In this document: positions 49,557 through 58,816 of the stretch, piece by piece
Position numbering within the stretch: position 1 is the stretch's first letter
Layout of the letters: every line of letters starts with the position of its first letter
Assembly: GCA_965648905.1 (NCBI GenBank)
Contig: CBFGIT010000018.1
Location: 1-60,877 of the forward strand
DNA: 60,877 nt
Direction: 5' to 3'
Origin: a candidate division WOR-3 bacterium
GTDB taxonomy: Bacteria; Hydrothermota; Tepidihabitantia; Tepidihabitantales; Tepidihabitantaceae
The notes under the pieces: generated by a model
Databases searched by the model: none
Seen by the model: the letters and a program-made list of their open reading frames with translations, nothing else
Told to the model about the DNA's origin: nothing
Made by a program: the position numbers and the translations under genes

Positions 49557-50201
49557 TTACCTCCATCGGAACGTATCTACTACCTGCACGGTCTCGGCCT
49601 GGGACCATTCGGACAGGTGGTCCCGTTCATCGCGCGCCTGGGCCCGGATGGCGAATCTACCACCTCGTGAATAGCTGTATCGACCGACAACCGTCGTACC
49701 GGATGGGACAAATTCGCTCCACACACCCAACGTGTCGCCGAAGTCGAAGCGAATCTGGACAGGCTTGTTCAACTGATGGTACGACCATGTGGCCCAACCG
49801 AGCGTGTCGAACACAACCACGGACTTTGGTCCAGCCGGCCGCCTCGGCACCAAGGGTTCGAATTCCGCAACACGCACTAACAGGGTATCGGATGGCTCAG
49901 CAACAGCGCGACGGTTTCGGGCCAGTGCGACAACCGGATAACGACCGGTGTCGGCAAAGACGTGCTTCAGCCGATACTGGTACGCGGGCGTGAACCATGC
50001 GGACCAGACCGAGTCAGTACCATCCTCCCAGAGCATCTGATATGAAACCGAGTCTTGATTCGGGTCTGCTGCTTGAACCCAGAACTCGAGGGTATCACGC
50101 GGCCAGGCCATTGACGGACCAAACAGTATCGGAGGAGCCGGTGGTGTTCGGCTGCACGAGCCCCCGGCCAGCAGCGCGATGACGAAGACAAACCTTGGCA
50201 T
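49557..50201 (-). CDS. Lipoprotein with two PKD-like domains
   Basis: Lipobox-like GGSC; ADPNQDSVSY..WEDG; FDFGD; RAQARD..SEWS; promoter TTGACT-N16-TACGCT 6 nt before ATG. Confidence 0.8.
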   Translation of the reverse strand: MPRFVFVIALLAGGSCSRTPPAPPILFGPSMAWPRDTLEFWVQAADPNQDSVSYQMLWEDGTDSVWSAWFTPAYQYRLKHVFADTGRYPVVALARNRRAVAEPSDTLLVRVAEFEPLVPRRPAGPKSVVVFDTLGWATWSYHQLNKPVQIRFDFGDTLGVWSEFVPSGTTVVGRYSYSRGGRFAIRAQARDERDHLSEWSQAETVQVVDTFRWR

Positions 50202-50277
50202 GCATCAAGCGTATGCGCTGCCGGGCAGAAGTCAACAAAGTCAACGGCGGCAGCACACCACTGACGTGTTCACCATC

Positions 50278-50316
50278 TTAACACTACCCTAACAGTCTCT
50301 TAATACCAGCCTGATT
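50278..50316 (+). promoter_or_regulatory. Pho-box-like direct repeats, pst operon 2
   Basis: TTAACA, CTAACA, TTAATA, CTGATT at 11-bp period. Confidence 0.7.
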
Positions 50317-50338
50317 GTTAAGTTATAGCTTAGAGCTC

Positions 50339-51178
50339 TTGCGTGCTGTCTCGCTCTGCAAACGTGTGTACCTGCCGGCTCTGCTCGGGCTCTTGTCTGC
50401 TGCCTGCAGCACGAGTCAAAGAGCGACCGTCACGCTTGCCGGCTCAACATCGGTCGAGCCATTTGCCGAGCGCCTGGCCGAGCTGTACATGCCAACCCAC
50501 CACGGACAGAAAATCTGTGTCCAGGGTGGTGGTTCGAGCGCAGGCATCCGCGCGGTCCTTAGCCGCATCTGCCAGGTGGGCATGTCATCGCGCGAACTCC
50601 ACCCCGACGAACAGAACCTGACCCGCATACTGATTGCCCACGACGCCATCGCCCTGATTGTCAATATCCGCAACCCGGTACGCGGCATAACCCTACACCA
50701 GGCCCGTGACGTCTTCTCCGGTCGCATTCGGAACTGGCGCGAGCTCGGCGGCGATGACCGCAGGATAACCGTCATTACGCGCGAGGAGGGGTCAGGCACA
50801 CGCGCGAGCTTTGAAGAGAAAGTAATGACCGCGGGCATGCCCAAAGGAACTGACGGCAAGGTAGAACCGGTCTCGGTGGCACGCGACGCGCTCGTACAGG
50901 ACTCGAACGGCGCCGTGCGGGAAATCGTCGCCTCAGACCCGGCTGCCATCGGCTACATGTCGTTCGGTCTTGTCGACGACCGCGTCCGGGCACTGGCCCT
51001 GGACGGGATCATCCCGAACGAGAAGACCATCAAGTCCGGCCGCTATCCGGTCGTACGTGATTTCCTCTTTCTCACCAACGGTGAACCGGACAGCGCCACG
51101 AGCCAGTTCATCAACTACGTACTCAGCCCTGAGGGCCAAGAAGCCCTGGCCGAAGAGGGCCTCATAAGAGCCCGGTGA
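50339..51178 (+). CDS. pstS: Phosphate-binding lipoprotein, second copy (start uncertain)
   Basis: LSAAC, AGSTSV, QGGGSSAG, MSSR, REEGSGTR. Confidence 0.9.
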   Translation: MRAVSLCKRVYLPALLGLLSAACSTSQRATVTLAGSTSVEPFAERLAELYMPTHHGQKICVQGGGSSAGIRAVLSRICQVGMSSRELHPDEQNLTRILIAHDAIALIVNIRNPVRGITLHQARDVFSGRIRNWRELGGDDRRITVITREEGSGTRASFEEKVMTAGMPKGTDGKVEPVSVARDALVQDSNGAVREIVASDPAAIGYMSFGLVDDRVRALALDGIIPNEKTIKSGRYPVVRDFLFLTNGEPDSATSQFINYVLSPEGQEALAEEGLIRAR

Positions 51179-51250
51179 CGAGCTGCCCAATCAAGCGACC
51201 AGCGCACTGTTCGGGGCATCGGCCACCGGAGCACAGGAAGTCCAAGCCTG

Positions 51251-52090
51251 ATGCGTGAGAAGCTGGTCGAGAAAGGCCTCCTGCTCGTGGCGCTCTCGGC
51301 CGTCGCCGCCATCTTCCTCATTGCCGTCTTCATCTTCCGGGAAGGCGCGCCCCTCGTCGCCAAAGTCGGGGTGTGGAGATTCATCGCCTCGACGAGCTGG
51401 GCGCCGACCAAAGGCCACTTCGGCATCCTGCCGATGATTGTGGGCTCAATCGAGGTTACGATTCTCGCGGTCGTCATCGGTGCAGTCATGGGTCTCGCCT
51501 GCGCCATGTTCCTCGCCGAGTTCGCCCCGCGTTGGAGCGTCCGCATTCTGAAACCGATGATTGAACTGCTCGCCGGCATCCCGTCGGTCGTCTACGGCTT
51601 CATTGGCGTCGTCGTGCTCGTCCCGTGGATCCGCAGCACATTCGGCGGGCCGGGTTTCTCCGTACTCGCGTCGGCCATCATCCTCGGCATCATGATACTT
51701 CCTACGGTGATTGCAATCTCGCTCGACGCGCTTCAGGCAGTTCCACCGATGTACAAGGAAGGCTCGCTGGCACTTGGTGCCACGCGCTGGCAAACACTGC
51801 ACCGAGTCATGCTTCCCGCAGCACGTTCCGGCATCATCGCCGGACTGATACTTGGCATGGGCCGTGCCATAGGCGAAACGATGGCAGTCATCATGGTCGC
51901 AGGCAATGCCCTAACCCTGCCCACTTCCGTCTTGCAGCCGGTGAGAACGCTGACCTCCAACATCGCACTCGAGATGGGCTACGCCTCCGGCGACCACCAG
52001 GCCGCCCTATTCGCCACCGGCATGGTGCTTTTCATCATCATTGCCATACTGAACACGATCGCTCTCTTGACCGTTAAGCCCAGAACATAG
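51251..52090 (+). CDS. pstC: Phosphate ABC permease, second copy
   Basis: ELLAGIPSVVYG, GRAIGETMAV, LTSNIALEMGYA. Confidence 0.94.
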   Translation: MREKLVEKGLLLVALSAVAAIFLIAVFIFREGAPLVAKVGVWRFIASTSWAPTKGHFGILPMIVGSIEVTILAVVIGAVMGLACAMFLAEFAPRWSVRILKPMIELLAGIPSVVYGFIGVVVLVPWIRSTFGGPGFSVLASAIILGIMILPTVIAISLDALQAVPPMYKEGSLALGATRWQTLHRVMLPAARSGIIAGLILGMGRAIGETMAVIMVAGNALTLPTSVLQPVRTLTSNIALEMGYASGDHQAALFATGMVLFIIIAILNTIALLTVKPRT

Positions 52091-52927
52091 ATGCTCGTCA
52101 AACCCGCGATCTGGCAGCGGATGGTTTGGGCCTTCCTGGGTCTAATGACGCTCTTCACCCTGGCCGTGCTCTTCTTCATCATATCCTACATCGTCAGCAA
52201 AGGTATCCACATCATCACACCGGAATTCCTGTTCGGCATGCCTGAGCGCATGGGCAAAGAGGGCGGCATCCTGCCGACCATCATCGCGACCATCTACATC
52301 ACCGCAGTCGCTGTCCTCATCGCAACGCCTCTTGGCGTTGGCAGCGCGGTCTATCTCACCGAGTACACCCGCGAGTCGTTCGTCACGAAAGTGGTCCGGT
52401 TTGGCGCTGATGCTTTGGCCGGGGTACCTTCGATTATCTTCGGTCTCTTCGGGTTCATCTTCTTCGTTATCCGACTCAGGATGGGCTGGTCGCTGCTTGC
52501 CGGCGGCATCACGCTGGCGTTCATGATTCTGCCGACAATCATCCGGACCAGTGAGGAGGCTATCCGCGCCGTACCTCACAGCCTGCGCGAAGTCTCTTAC
52601 TCGCTGGGCGGCGGTAAGTCACAGACCATTGCCCGCATCGTCCTGCCCAATGCCCTACCCGGCATTCTCACCGGCGTAATCCTGGGCATGGGACGGAGCG
52701 TCGCCGAGACCGCGGTGGTAATCTTCACGGCCGGCTCGTCGCTTGTCATCCCGAAATCCCTGCTCGACCCGGCCCGCACGATGTCCGTACACTTCTACAT
52801 TCTGGCGCGCGAAGGCCTCTCAATGGAGCGAGCCTACGGCACAGCCCTGCTGTTGGTCATCACCATCCTTGCCATCAACGTTGTCGCCTACCTGCTAATG
52901 TACCGGCTCATGAGAAAGATGCGATGA
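52091..52927 (+). CDS. pstA: Phosphate ABC permease, second copy
   Basis: YLTEY, LAGVPSIIFGLFG, ETA. Confidence 0.94.
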   Translation: MLVKPAIWQRMVWAFLGLMTLFTLAVLFFIISYIVSKGIHIITPEFLFGMPERMGKEGGILPTIIATIYITAVAVLIATPLGVGSAVYLTEYTRESFVTKVVRFGADALAGVPSIIFGLFGFIFFVIRLRMGWSLLAGGITLAFMILPTIIRTSEEAIRAVPHSLREVSYSLGGGKSQTIARIVLPNALPGILTGVILGMGRSVAETAVVIFTAGSSLVIPKSLLDPARTMSVHFYILAREGLSMERAYGTALLLVITILAINVVAYLLMYRLMRKMR

Positions 52928-53715
52928 CCAGAAAGGAAACTCCCGATGCGCCGAACCGTAAGAGCCTGCCCGACAAGCTCGTTCTTGAAAACCTCTCGGT
53001 GTCTTTCGAAGGCCGCGCCATTCTCAAGGCCATCAATCTCTCCATGAGGTCGAACGAAGTCGTCTCCGTCATCGGCCCGGCCCACTCGGGGAAAACAACC
53101 CTGCTCCGAACCATCAATCGCATGATTGAGCACGATGCAGGCTTCTCGCGTTCGGGCGGTGTACTGCTTGACGGGACCGAGGTGCGCGAGCTAGACTGCG
53201 ATACGCTCAGACAGAGAGTCGGACTCATCTTTGCCACGCCCGTGCCTCTGCCCGGCACGGTCTTCGATAACGTCGCCTATGGCCCACGCCTTAAGAGTCG
53301 ATTACGCCGAGCCCAACTTGCCGAACGGGTCGAACAGAGCCTGCGCGCGGCGGCCCTGTGGGACGAAGTGAAAGACCGACTCCAGACCTCGGCACTGCGC
53401 CTCTCCGGCGGCCAGCAACAACGTCTTTGTATCGCTCGCACGATCGCCGTCGACCCCGAGGTCATCACAATGGACGAACCGACTTCCGGGCTGGATCCGA
53501 TTTCCACTGCTCAGATCGAGAACGCAATGCGCGAACTCAAGTCGCGCTACACCTGGCTGCTCGTTACCAACAACGTCAAGCAGGCGGCCCGGGTGTCGGA
53601 CAAGGTCGCCTTCTTCCTGGCCGGCGAGCTGGTCGAGGCCGGTGACACGGCTCAGGTTTTTACGCGGCCGCGCGACCGGCGCACCGACGACTACCTGTCG
53701 GGCAGGATCGGCTAG
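52924..53715 (+). CDS. pstB: PstB-like ATPase with degenerate Q-loop and H-loop
   Basis: [29 protein letters not shown]. Confidence 0.88.
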   Translation: MTRKETPDAPNRKSLPDKLVLENLSVSFEGRAILKAINLSMRSNEVVSVIGPAHSGKTTLLRTINRMIEHDAGFSRSGGVLLDGTEVRELDCDTLRQRVGLIFATPVPLPGTVFDNVAYGPRLKSRLRRAQLAERVEQSLRAAALWDEVKDRLQTSALRLSGGQQQRLCIARTIAVDPEVITMDEPTSGLDPISTAQIENAMRELKSRYTWLLVTNNVKQAARVSDKVAFFLAGELVEAGDTAQVFTRPRDRRTDDYLSGRIG

Positions 53716-53718
53716 TCC

Positions 53719-54579
53719 ATGACGCGGGTCCACAGTGACACGACCGGAATGCCCGACATTCCGGATCGTGTCCCGGGTCTCGAGGCACGGGTACCCGGCC
53801 CCGATTGCCCGGACGCAGTCGTCTCATCTCCCCACGCCAAGCTCGTAACCGAACATCTCGATGTTTTCTATGGCAGCTTTCAAGCTGTCAAGGACGTGAG
53901 CATCGCGTTCCGACCCCGCGCGATCACCGCCATCATCGGCCCTTCTGGCTGCGGCAAGTCGACGCTGCTGCGCAGCCTCAATCGGATGAACGAGCTGGTC
54001 GATGGCGCCCGCATCAGCGGCAAGATACTCCTGGACGGCACTGACATCTACCGTCTTAACGTGCTCGAACTGCGCAAGCGCGTCGGCATGGTCTTTCAGC
54101 GTCCCAACGCATTCCCGCTCTCGATCTTCGACAACGTCGCCTACGGTCCACGCCTGCACGGCACCCACAACGGCTCGGAACTACAGGCGATTGTCGAGCG
54201 GTGTTTGCGTGCCGTGCGGATGTGGGACGAAGTCAAAGACAAGCTCCTCTCCAGCGCACTCGGACTCACCGACGAGCAGCGCCAGCGCCTGTGCATCGCC
54301 CGAATGCTTGCGGTCGAACCCGAGGTCCTGCTGATGGACGAGCCGTGCTCGGCCCTGGACCCGATCGCCACGCTCCACATCGAGGAACTGATGCAACGGC
54401 TCAAGGAGCAGTACTGCATCGTCATCGTCACTCACAACATGCAGCAGGCCGCACGGGCTTCGGACTATTGCGGCTTCATGCTGCTGGGCGTGCTCAAGGA
54501 GTTCGGACCGACACACCAGATTTTCACCAATCCGAAACAGACCGACACCGAGAACTACATCTCGGGCCGGTTCGGCTGA
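53719..54579 (+). CDS. pstB: PstB-like ATPase with degenerate signature motif
   Basis: [29 protein letters not shown]. Confidence 0.9.
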   Translation: MTRVHSDTTGMPDIPDRVPGLEARVPGPDCPDAVVSSPHAKLVTEHLDVFYGSFQAVKDVSIAFRPRAITAIIGPSGCGKSTLLRSLNRMNELVDGARISGKILLDGTDIYRLNVLELRKRVGMVFQRPNAFPLSIFDNVAYGPRLHGTHNGSELQAIVERCLRAVRMWDEVKDKLLSSALGLTDEQRQRLCIARMLAVEPEVLLMDEPCSALDPIATLHIEELMQRLKEQYCIVIVTHNMQQAARASDYCGFMLLGVLKEFGPTHQIFTNPKQTDTENYISGRFG

Positions 54580-54634
54580 AGCCCGCGGTCAGGACGGCCC
54601 CGCCTTGACGAACCGGAACCGCTCGCGGTCGAAC

Positions 54635-54662
54635 TTGACAAGTCCGGCCATCTTGTTACACT
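54635..54662 (+). promoter_or_regulatory. sigma70-like promoter
   Basis: TTGACA-N16-TACACT. Confidence 0.75.
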
Positions 54663-54823
54663 TTTATGTCGGCAGCCATCTGGGCCTGCTACCGACAAAC
54701 CGATTCACAAGGCCCGAAGAAACGCTTGTGTCCAGTTCCGGTCCATCGTCCGTGAGCGTCTTTCAGCCACAGCCGTAGACCCCGCAACGAAAACCAAGCA
54801 CAACCAGTCCGGAGGTAGTATAA

Positions 54824-55153
54824 ATGGCCACGCGCATTTTTGTTGGGAATCTTCCCTTCAGCGCAACCGAGGACCAGCTTCACCAGTTGTTCTCGCAGCA
54901 CGGTGAGGTCTCGTCCGTCAGCATAGTGAAAGACCGCTTCACGGAACGCTCCCGCGGTTTCGCGTTCGTCGAGATGGCGAATGCCGATGCCGCGACCGCG
55001 GCGATTGCGGCCCTGTCGGGCCACTCGCTCGACAACCGTCCCCTGACCGTCAATATCGCCCGCGAGCGCACCGAGCGCAGCGGCGGTTCGCGCGGTTTCG
55101 GCGGCGGCCGGCCCAAGCGCGACAGCGGCTCGTACAACAACAAGCGCTGGTAG
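54824..55153 (+). CDS. RRM RNA-binding protein with Gly/Arg-rich tail
   Basis: RNP2 IFVGNL, RNP1 RGFAFVEM. Confidence 0.95.
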   Translation: MATRIFVGNLPFSATEDQLHQLFSQHGEVSSVSIVKDRFTERSRGFAFVEMANADAATAAIAALSGHSLDNRPLTVNIARERTERSGGSRGFGGGRPKRDSGSYNNKRW

Positions 55154-55172
55154 GACCGGTCCGCTATCAATC

Positions 55173-55204
55173 GACGGGCGGGATCACCCGCCCGTCTTCG
55201 TTTC
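55173..55204 (+). terminator. Intrinsic terminator
   Basis: GACGGGCGGG-ATCA-CCCGCCCGTC followed by TTCGTTTC. Confidence 0.75.
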
Positions 55205-55229
55205 AGGCCGTCAGGTCTTTTCTGCCAAC

Positions 55230-55772
55230 TCAACGCGGCCGGAGCCAGTCGAGCGGGTCAACGCTCCTGCCGCTGACGCGAAACTCGAAGTGCAACGTGT
55301 CCCCCGCGAACCCGATGGTGTCGCTTCGGCCTATCCGGTCTCCAACCCTTGCCCGGATGTCGCCGAGTCTGGAATAGAGGCTGTGGCAACGCCGGCCGTG
55401 GTCAATTATCACCATCCGGCCATGTCCCATGAACTGGTCAGCAAAGCTCACGCGGCCGCTGTCCACGGCCGTGACCGGGACCCCACGCACGGTCGCGATA
55501 TCAATCCCCTGGCTCCGGGTCGTAGTCTTGTACTTGGGGTCAACCCTGGGGCCGAATGTCCCGACCAGGACCCCGTGCACCGGCCAGGGCAGCTCACCGC
55601 GCCCGACCGGCAGTGTCTCGCGCCGTGGTGCAGTCGGCAGCACCGGCCGCTCAGGACGCTCTCTGCCGCGACCGAACCTCGGCTGCTCGGTCAGCAGCAC
55701 AGCACAGCGTAACCCGGCAAGACAAACCAGCAAGTACAGCAGCAGGCGCGGCACCGGGACACGACTGAACAC
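55230..55772 (-). CDS. M23/LytM-domain protein, degenerate (EnvC-like)
   Basis: LPWPVHG, SQGIDI, IIDHG, YSRL, TLHFE, VDP. Confidence 0.82.
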   Translation of the reverse strand: MFSRVPVPRLLLYLLVCLAGLRCAVLLTEQPRFGRGRERPERPVLPTAPRRETLPVGRGELPWPVHGVLVGTFGPRVDPKYKTTTRSQGIDIATVRGVPVTAVDSGRVSFADQFMGHGRMVIIDHGRRCHSLYSRLGDIRARVGDRIGRSDTIGFAGDTLHFEFRVSGRSVDPLDWLRPR

Positions 55773-55837
55773 CCTACTTTCTACCGGAACTTGCCAGCCA
55801 AGTCAATGACAAGCTGGCGCCTCCCGCCGCTCCGAAC

Positions 55838-55869
55838 GAAAAGGAGAGCGGCCCGAAGGCCGCTCTCCT
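55838..55869 (-). terminator. Intrinsic terminator
   Basis: 12-bp stem with UUCG loop and U-run on the minus strand. Confidence 0.85.
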
Positions 55870-55889
55870 CAAGCGCAATCGCTCTGCTG

Positions 55890-58640
55890 CTACTGGATGA
55901 CAACCTGACGAGTTATCGTCTGGCTGCCCGAGCTCACCCTGAGCAGATACGTACCGCTCGCCAGACCGGCGACTCCAAGCTCGCCACCGCTCCGCGCACT
56001 CGTCAGTGTCTTCACCAACGAACCGGAACTCGTGTAAAGCTGGATGCTCACCGGGGCCGGCAGCGTGGAGTTCACGCGCAGCACATTCCGCACCGGGTTC
56101 GCAACCGTCACAGCCGACTTCAGCGCGCTGCCTGACGCCTGCACGCCTTCGGCGCCCTGGCGGGACGAACAGAAGTAGCTCTCCGGAGCATAGGCCAGGA
56201 TGTACGGCGACTTCGCCTTCTTCACGAGAAGAACCGCGCCGTCGACCGTCGTCATCGCCGAGCCCGGACCGACTTTCTTGTTGTCCACTGCCTTGGGCAC
56301 TTCCTGGAGCTGATTCCAGACGTTCATCAGCGGGTCGTAGCCGTAGAAGCTCGTGCCACCGCCCAGCGCCACATAGACGACGCCGTTCAGATAGCCGAGC
56401 ACCGTGCCGGCCTTGGCTTTGGCCGGCAAATCTGCCAGCCGCTGCCAGGCACTGCCGTCGAAGGTGTAGAAGCTTGAGCTCTTGTTGCCCGGAACCGCAT
56501 ACAGCCGATTGCCGTCGCTGACAAGCGCCGCGCCGTCTTTCACCACGCCCGGAATGTCGGACATCGTCTCCCAGGTACCGAGCGCCGGGTTGAACCGGTA
56601 CATCTCGCTGGTCTTGTTGCCCTTGAGCACGTAGATCATGCCATTGGCAACCGCCATCGAAGCACCGTTCCGCGCCGGCTTGCCCGAAAGCCCCTCAGGC
56701 AGATTGGCCAACTGCGTCCACTGACCATCCTCAAGGTTCACCGCGTAGAACCCGAAGGTCTTGTTCGCGGTAAGCACATAGAGGAAGCCGTCAACGTACG
56801 CAAGCTGGGTACCCAGACCGGCCTGCAGCGGCATGGTTCCAGCCACTGACGGCTGGTCCAGGTCGTCGGCAAAGCTGTAGACCTGGCCGTCCTTCTTTCC
56901 CTTGACGAGGAAGAAGTTCGCGCCATCGCTGGCCATCGCCGCGCCCTTGTTGACCGGCACTGTGCCCGGCACGCCATAGGAGACGTACCAGCCTTCGGCA
57001 CCGGTAACCTGGAACGGCTGCTCGACCGTGTTGTTCTGACCGTTCGGGTCACCCTCAAGCTCGGTCCACGATTTCACTGTCCAGTCGCCGACCTGACGGA
57101 ACCGGCGGTCCACAAAGGTGACTTCGCGGGTCTCGCCGATGCCCAGGTTCTCGACACTCTGGCTGTAGTGATAACGCCGACCATTGATGGTCAGTTCGCA
57201 CTTGACCGGGAACGTAACCTCGGTATTGCCGAAGTTCTCGACGACCACGGTCACGTCCACACCTTCACCACGCGGGATCGTCCCGGCCGGCGAAGAGATG
57301 CGAACCACACCCGCGTCCTTGAGCACACCGACCGCGGTGAAGCTCTTAGACTTCGCGTCGTTGCTCGGGACCTGGTCGCCGGAAAGGGCCGTGTAGCACT
57401 TGAACTGGTAGTTGCCTGCGCTCGGGGTGAAGCCCGAACCGGTCGGCCACTGGTAGGTCTTACTTACGCCGGCCGGAACATCGGGCCAAGTGTAGGCGCC
57501 GTCCCACAGCTTCACGGTGTTGTCCTCGTTCCAGACCTCCCACTTAACCGGGATGCTCTGAGTGGTCTGCCCGTAGTTCTTGAATGTGACTTTGGGCCTG
57601 CACTCAACACCCGCAGTGACAGTCGCGGTCGGGATCGATATACCGGTGCAGCCGGCATCGATCAACGGATTGACGTTGAACGGGTCACTCCAGCCGACGT
57701 CGTTAGCTGTGAACCACTCGTAGCCGGTGGTGACGATCTGGACCTTGGCCTTGATCCCGGAAGTATTCTTCCATCCGGTCGGCACCGTGAAGGTCCAGGA
57801 CTCGACAACGTCGAGCGCCGGGTCAAAATCGACAACCTTGTTCGTCAGGGTCACACCAGATTTGGTGAACGACGCCTTGACGGTCATGTTGCCGCGGTCG
57901 ACTTCGTCGTTGTTCACGAGTCGAGCCTTCAACGTGACGGTCTGGCCAACGTTGTACGGCCCGGACGGCTCAAGCCAAACGCTCTTCACTTCGACGTCCT
58001 GCTTGACGACGTTGAGCCGGATCATCAGGTCGCCGTTGGGATTGGAACCGGTACCAAGTCCGGCATCCTGCACCGGATTATAAGGATAGGCTCCGGACAT
58101 ATCCCACATGTGCTGACGGCTGGCGTAGGCGGACTTGCCGTCGCTGTCGCGGATGATCATGACATTGCCGGCCGTGCCCGATACGAGACCGATTCTGGCC
58201 CAAATTTTGGTCGTACCCGAGGTCACCAATATGTTCTCCTCATCGAAGCATATTGTATGCCACCAGACACCGGTCATGATGGCGAAATCCTTGTGATACG
58301 GCCAGAGCCAGGAACGGTGGGCAGTCGTGCCCGCATTGCCAAGGTATATCTCGCACTTTCCGGTGTATGACGCCGGCGGCGGGCAGATTCTAACCTTGAC
58401 GCAACCGACCTTCTGACGCTGTTCGCAATCGGTCCAGTCAGCATTGAACCAAGCCGAGTAACGGGTCTGGAGCGAACCAGAGCCAAACCGGTCGAACTTC
58501 GCCGGGTCAGTGCCGTCTATACCGTTGTCATAGGCCAGCTCGTAGGTCAGGTCCTGCTGTGCGGTCGGTGTGGTTGTTTGCCCACCAAAGGCAAGTACCG
58601 CCACCCCGGCCAGCAGCAGAGTAGTGATTGTGTACTTCAC
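55890..58640 (-). CDS. 916-aa surface protein: N-terminal beta-sandwich, three CARDB-like domains, Kelch-like propeller, CTD
   Basis: SD AAGGAGG and GTG; ELAYDNG; D..P.ND; YVLKGNKT repeats; LASGTYLLRV. Confidence 0.88.
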   Translation of the reverse strand: MKYTITTLLLAGVAVLAFGGQTTTPTAQQDLTYELAYDNGIDGTDPAKFDRFGSGSLQTRYSAWFNADWTDCEQRQKVGCVKVRICPPPASYTGKCEIYLGNAGTTAHRSWLWPYHKDFAIMTGVWWHTICFDEENILVTSGTTKIWARIGLVSGTAGNVMIIRDSDGKSAYASRQHMWDMSGAYPYNPVQDAGLGTGSNPNGDLMIRLNVVKQDVEVKSVWLEPSGPYNVGQTVTLKARLVNNDEVDRGNMTVKASFTKSGVTLTNKVVDFDPALDVVESWTFTVPTGWKNTSGIKAKVQIVTTGYEWFTANDVGWSDPFNVNPLIDAGCTGISIPTATVTAGVECRPKVTFKNYGQTTQSIPVKWEVWNEDNTVKLWDGAYTWPDVPAGVSKTYQWPTGSGFTPSAGNYQFKCYTALSGDQVPSNDAKSKSFTAVGVLKDAGVVRISSPAGTIPRGEGVDVTVVVENFGNTEVTFPVKCELTINGRRYHYSQSVENLGIGETREVTFVDRRFRQVGDWTVKSWTELEGDPNGQNNTVEQPFQVTGAEGWYVSYGVPGTVPVNKGAAMASDGANFFLVKGKKDGQVYSFADDLDQPSVAGTMPLQAGLGTQLAYVDGFLYVLTANKTFGFYAVNLEDGQWTQLANLPEGLSGKPARNGASMAVANGMIYVLKGNKTSEMYRFNPALGTWETMSDIPGVVKDGAALVSDGNRLYAVPGNKSSSFYTFDGSAWQRLADLPAKAKAGTVLGYLNGVVYVALGGGTSFYGYDPLMNVWNQLQEVPKAVDNKKVGPGSAMTTVDGAVLLVKKAKSPYILAYAPESYFCSSRQGAEGVQASGSALKSAVTVANPVRNVLRVNSTLPAPVSIQLYTSSGSLVKTLTSARSGGELGVAGLASGTYLLRVSSGSQTITRQVVIQ

Positions 58641-58758
58641 ATAGCCTCCTTAGACTGGCTATCGTTACTTTGGCCTTATCCGGCTGTCAAAGCCCAAACA
58701 ACCAGCATCAGCCCTCTTGCAGGTGGGTCGAGACTAACCCATATCTCCCTGCGGAGTA

Positions 58759-58786
58759 ATTCTACCCCCCCCCTGCCGCGAGTCAA
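58759..58786 (-). promoter_or_regulatory. Promoter with G9 tract in the spacer
   Basis: TTGACT-CGCGGCA-G9-TAGAAT (N16). Confidence 0.75.
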
Positions 58787-58816
58787 GTTTTTCATCGCTT
58801 CCTTCTCCGGCCCTGC

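Noticed and set aside
52924..54579. pstB pseudogenes
   Set aside because: Frames are intact and the substitutions are structurally complementary
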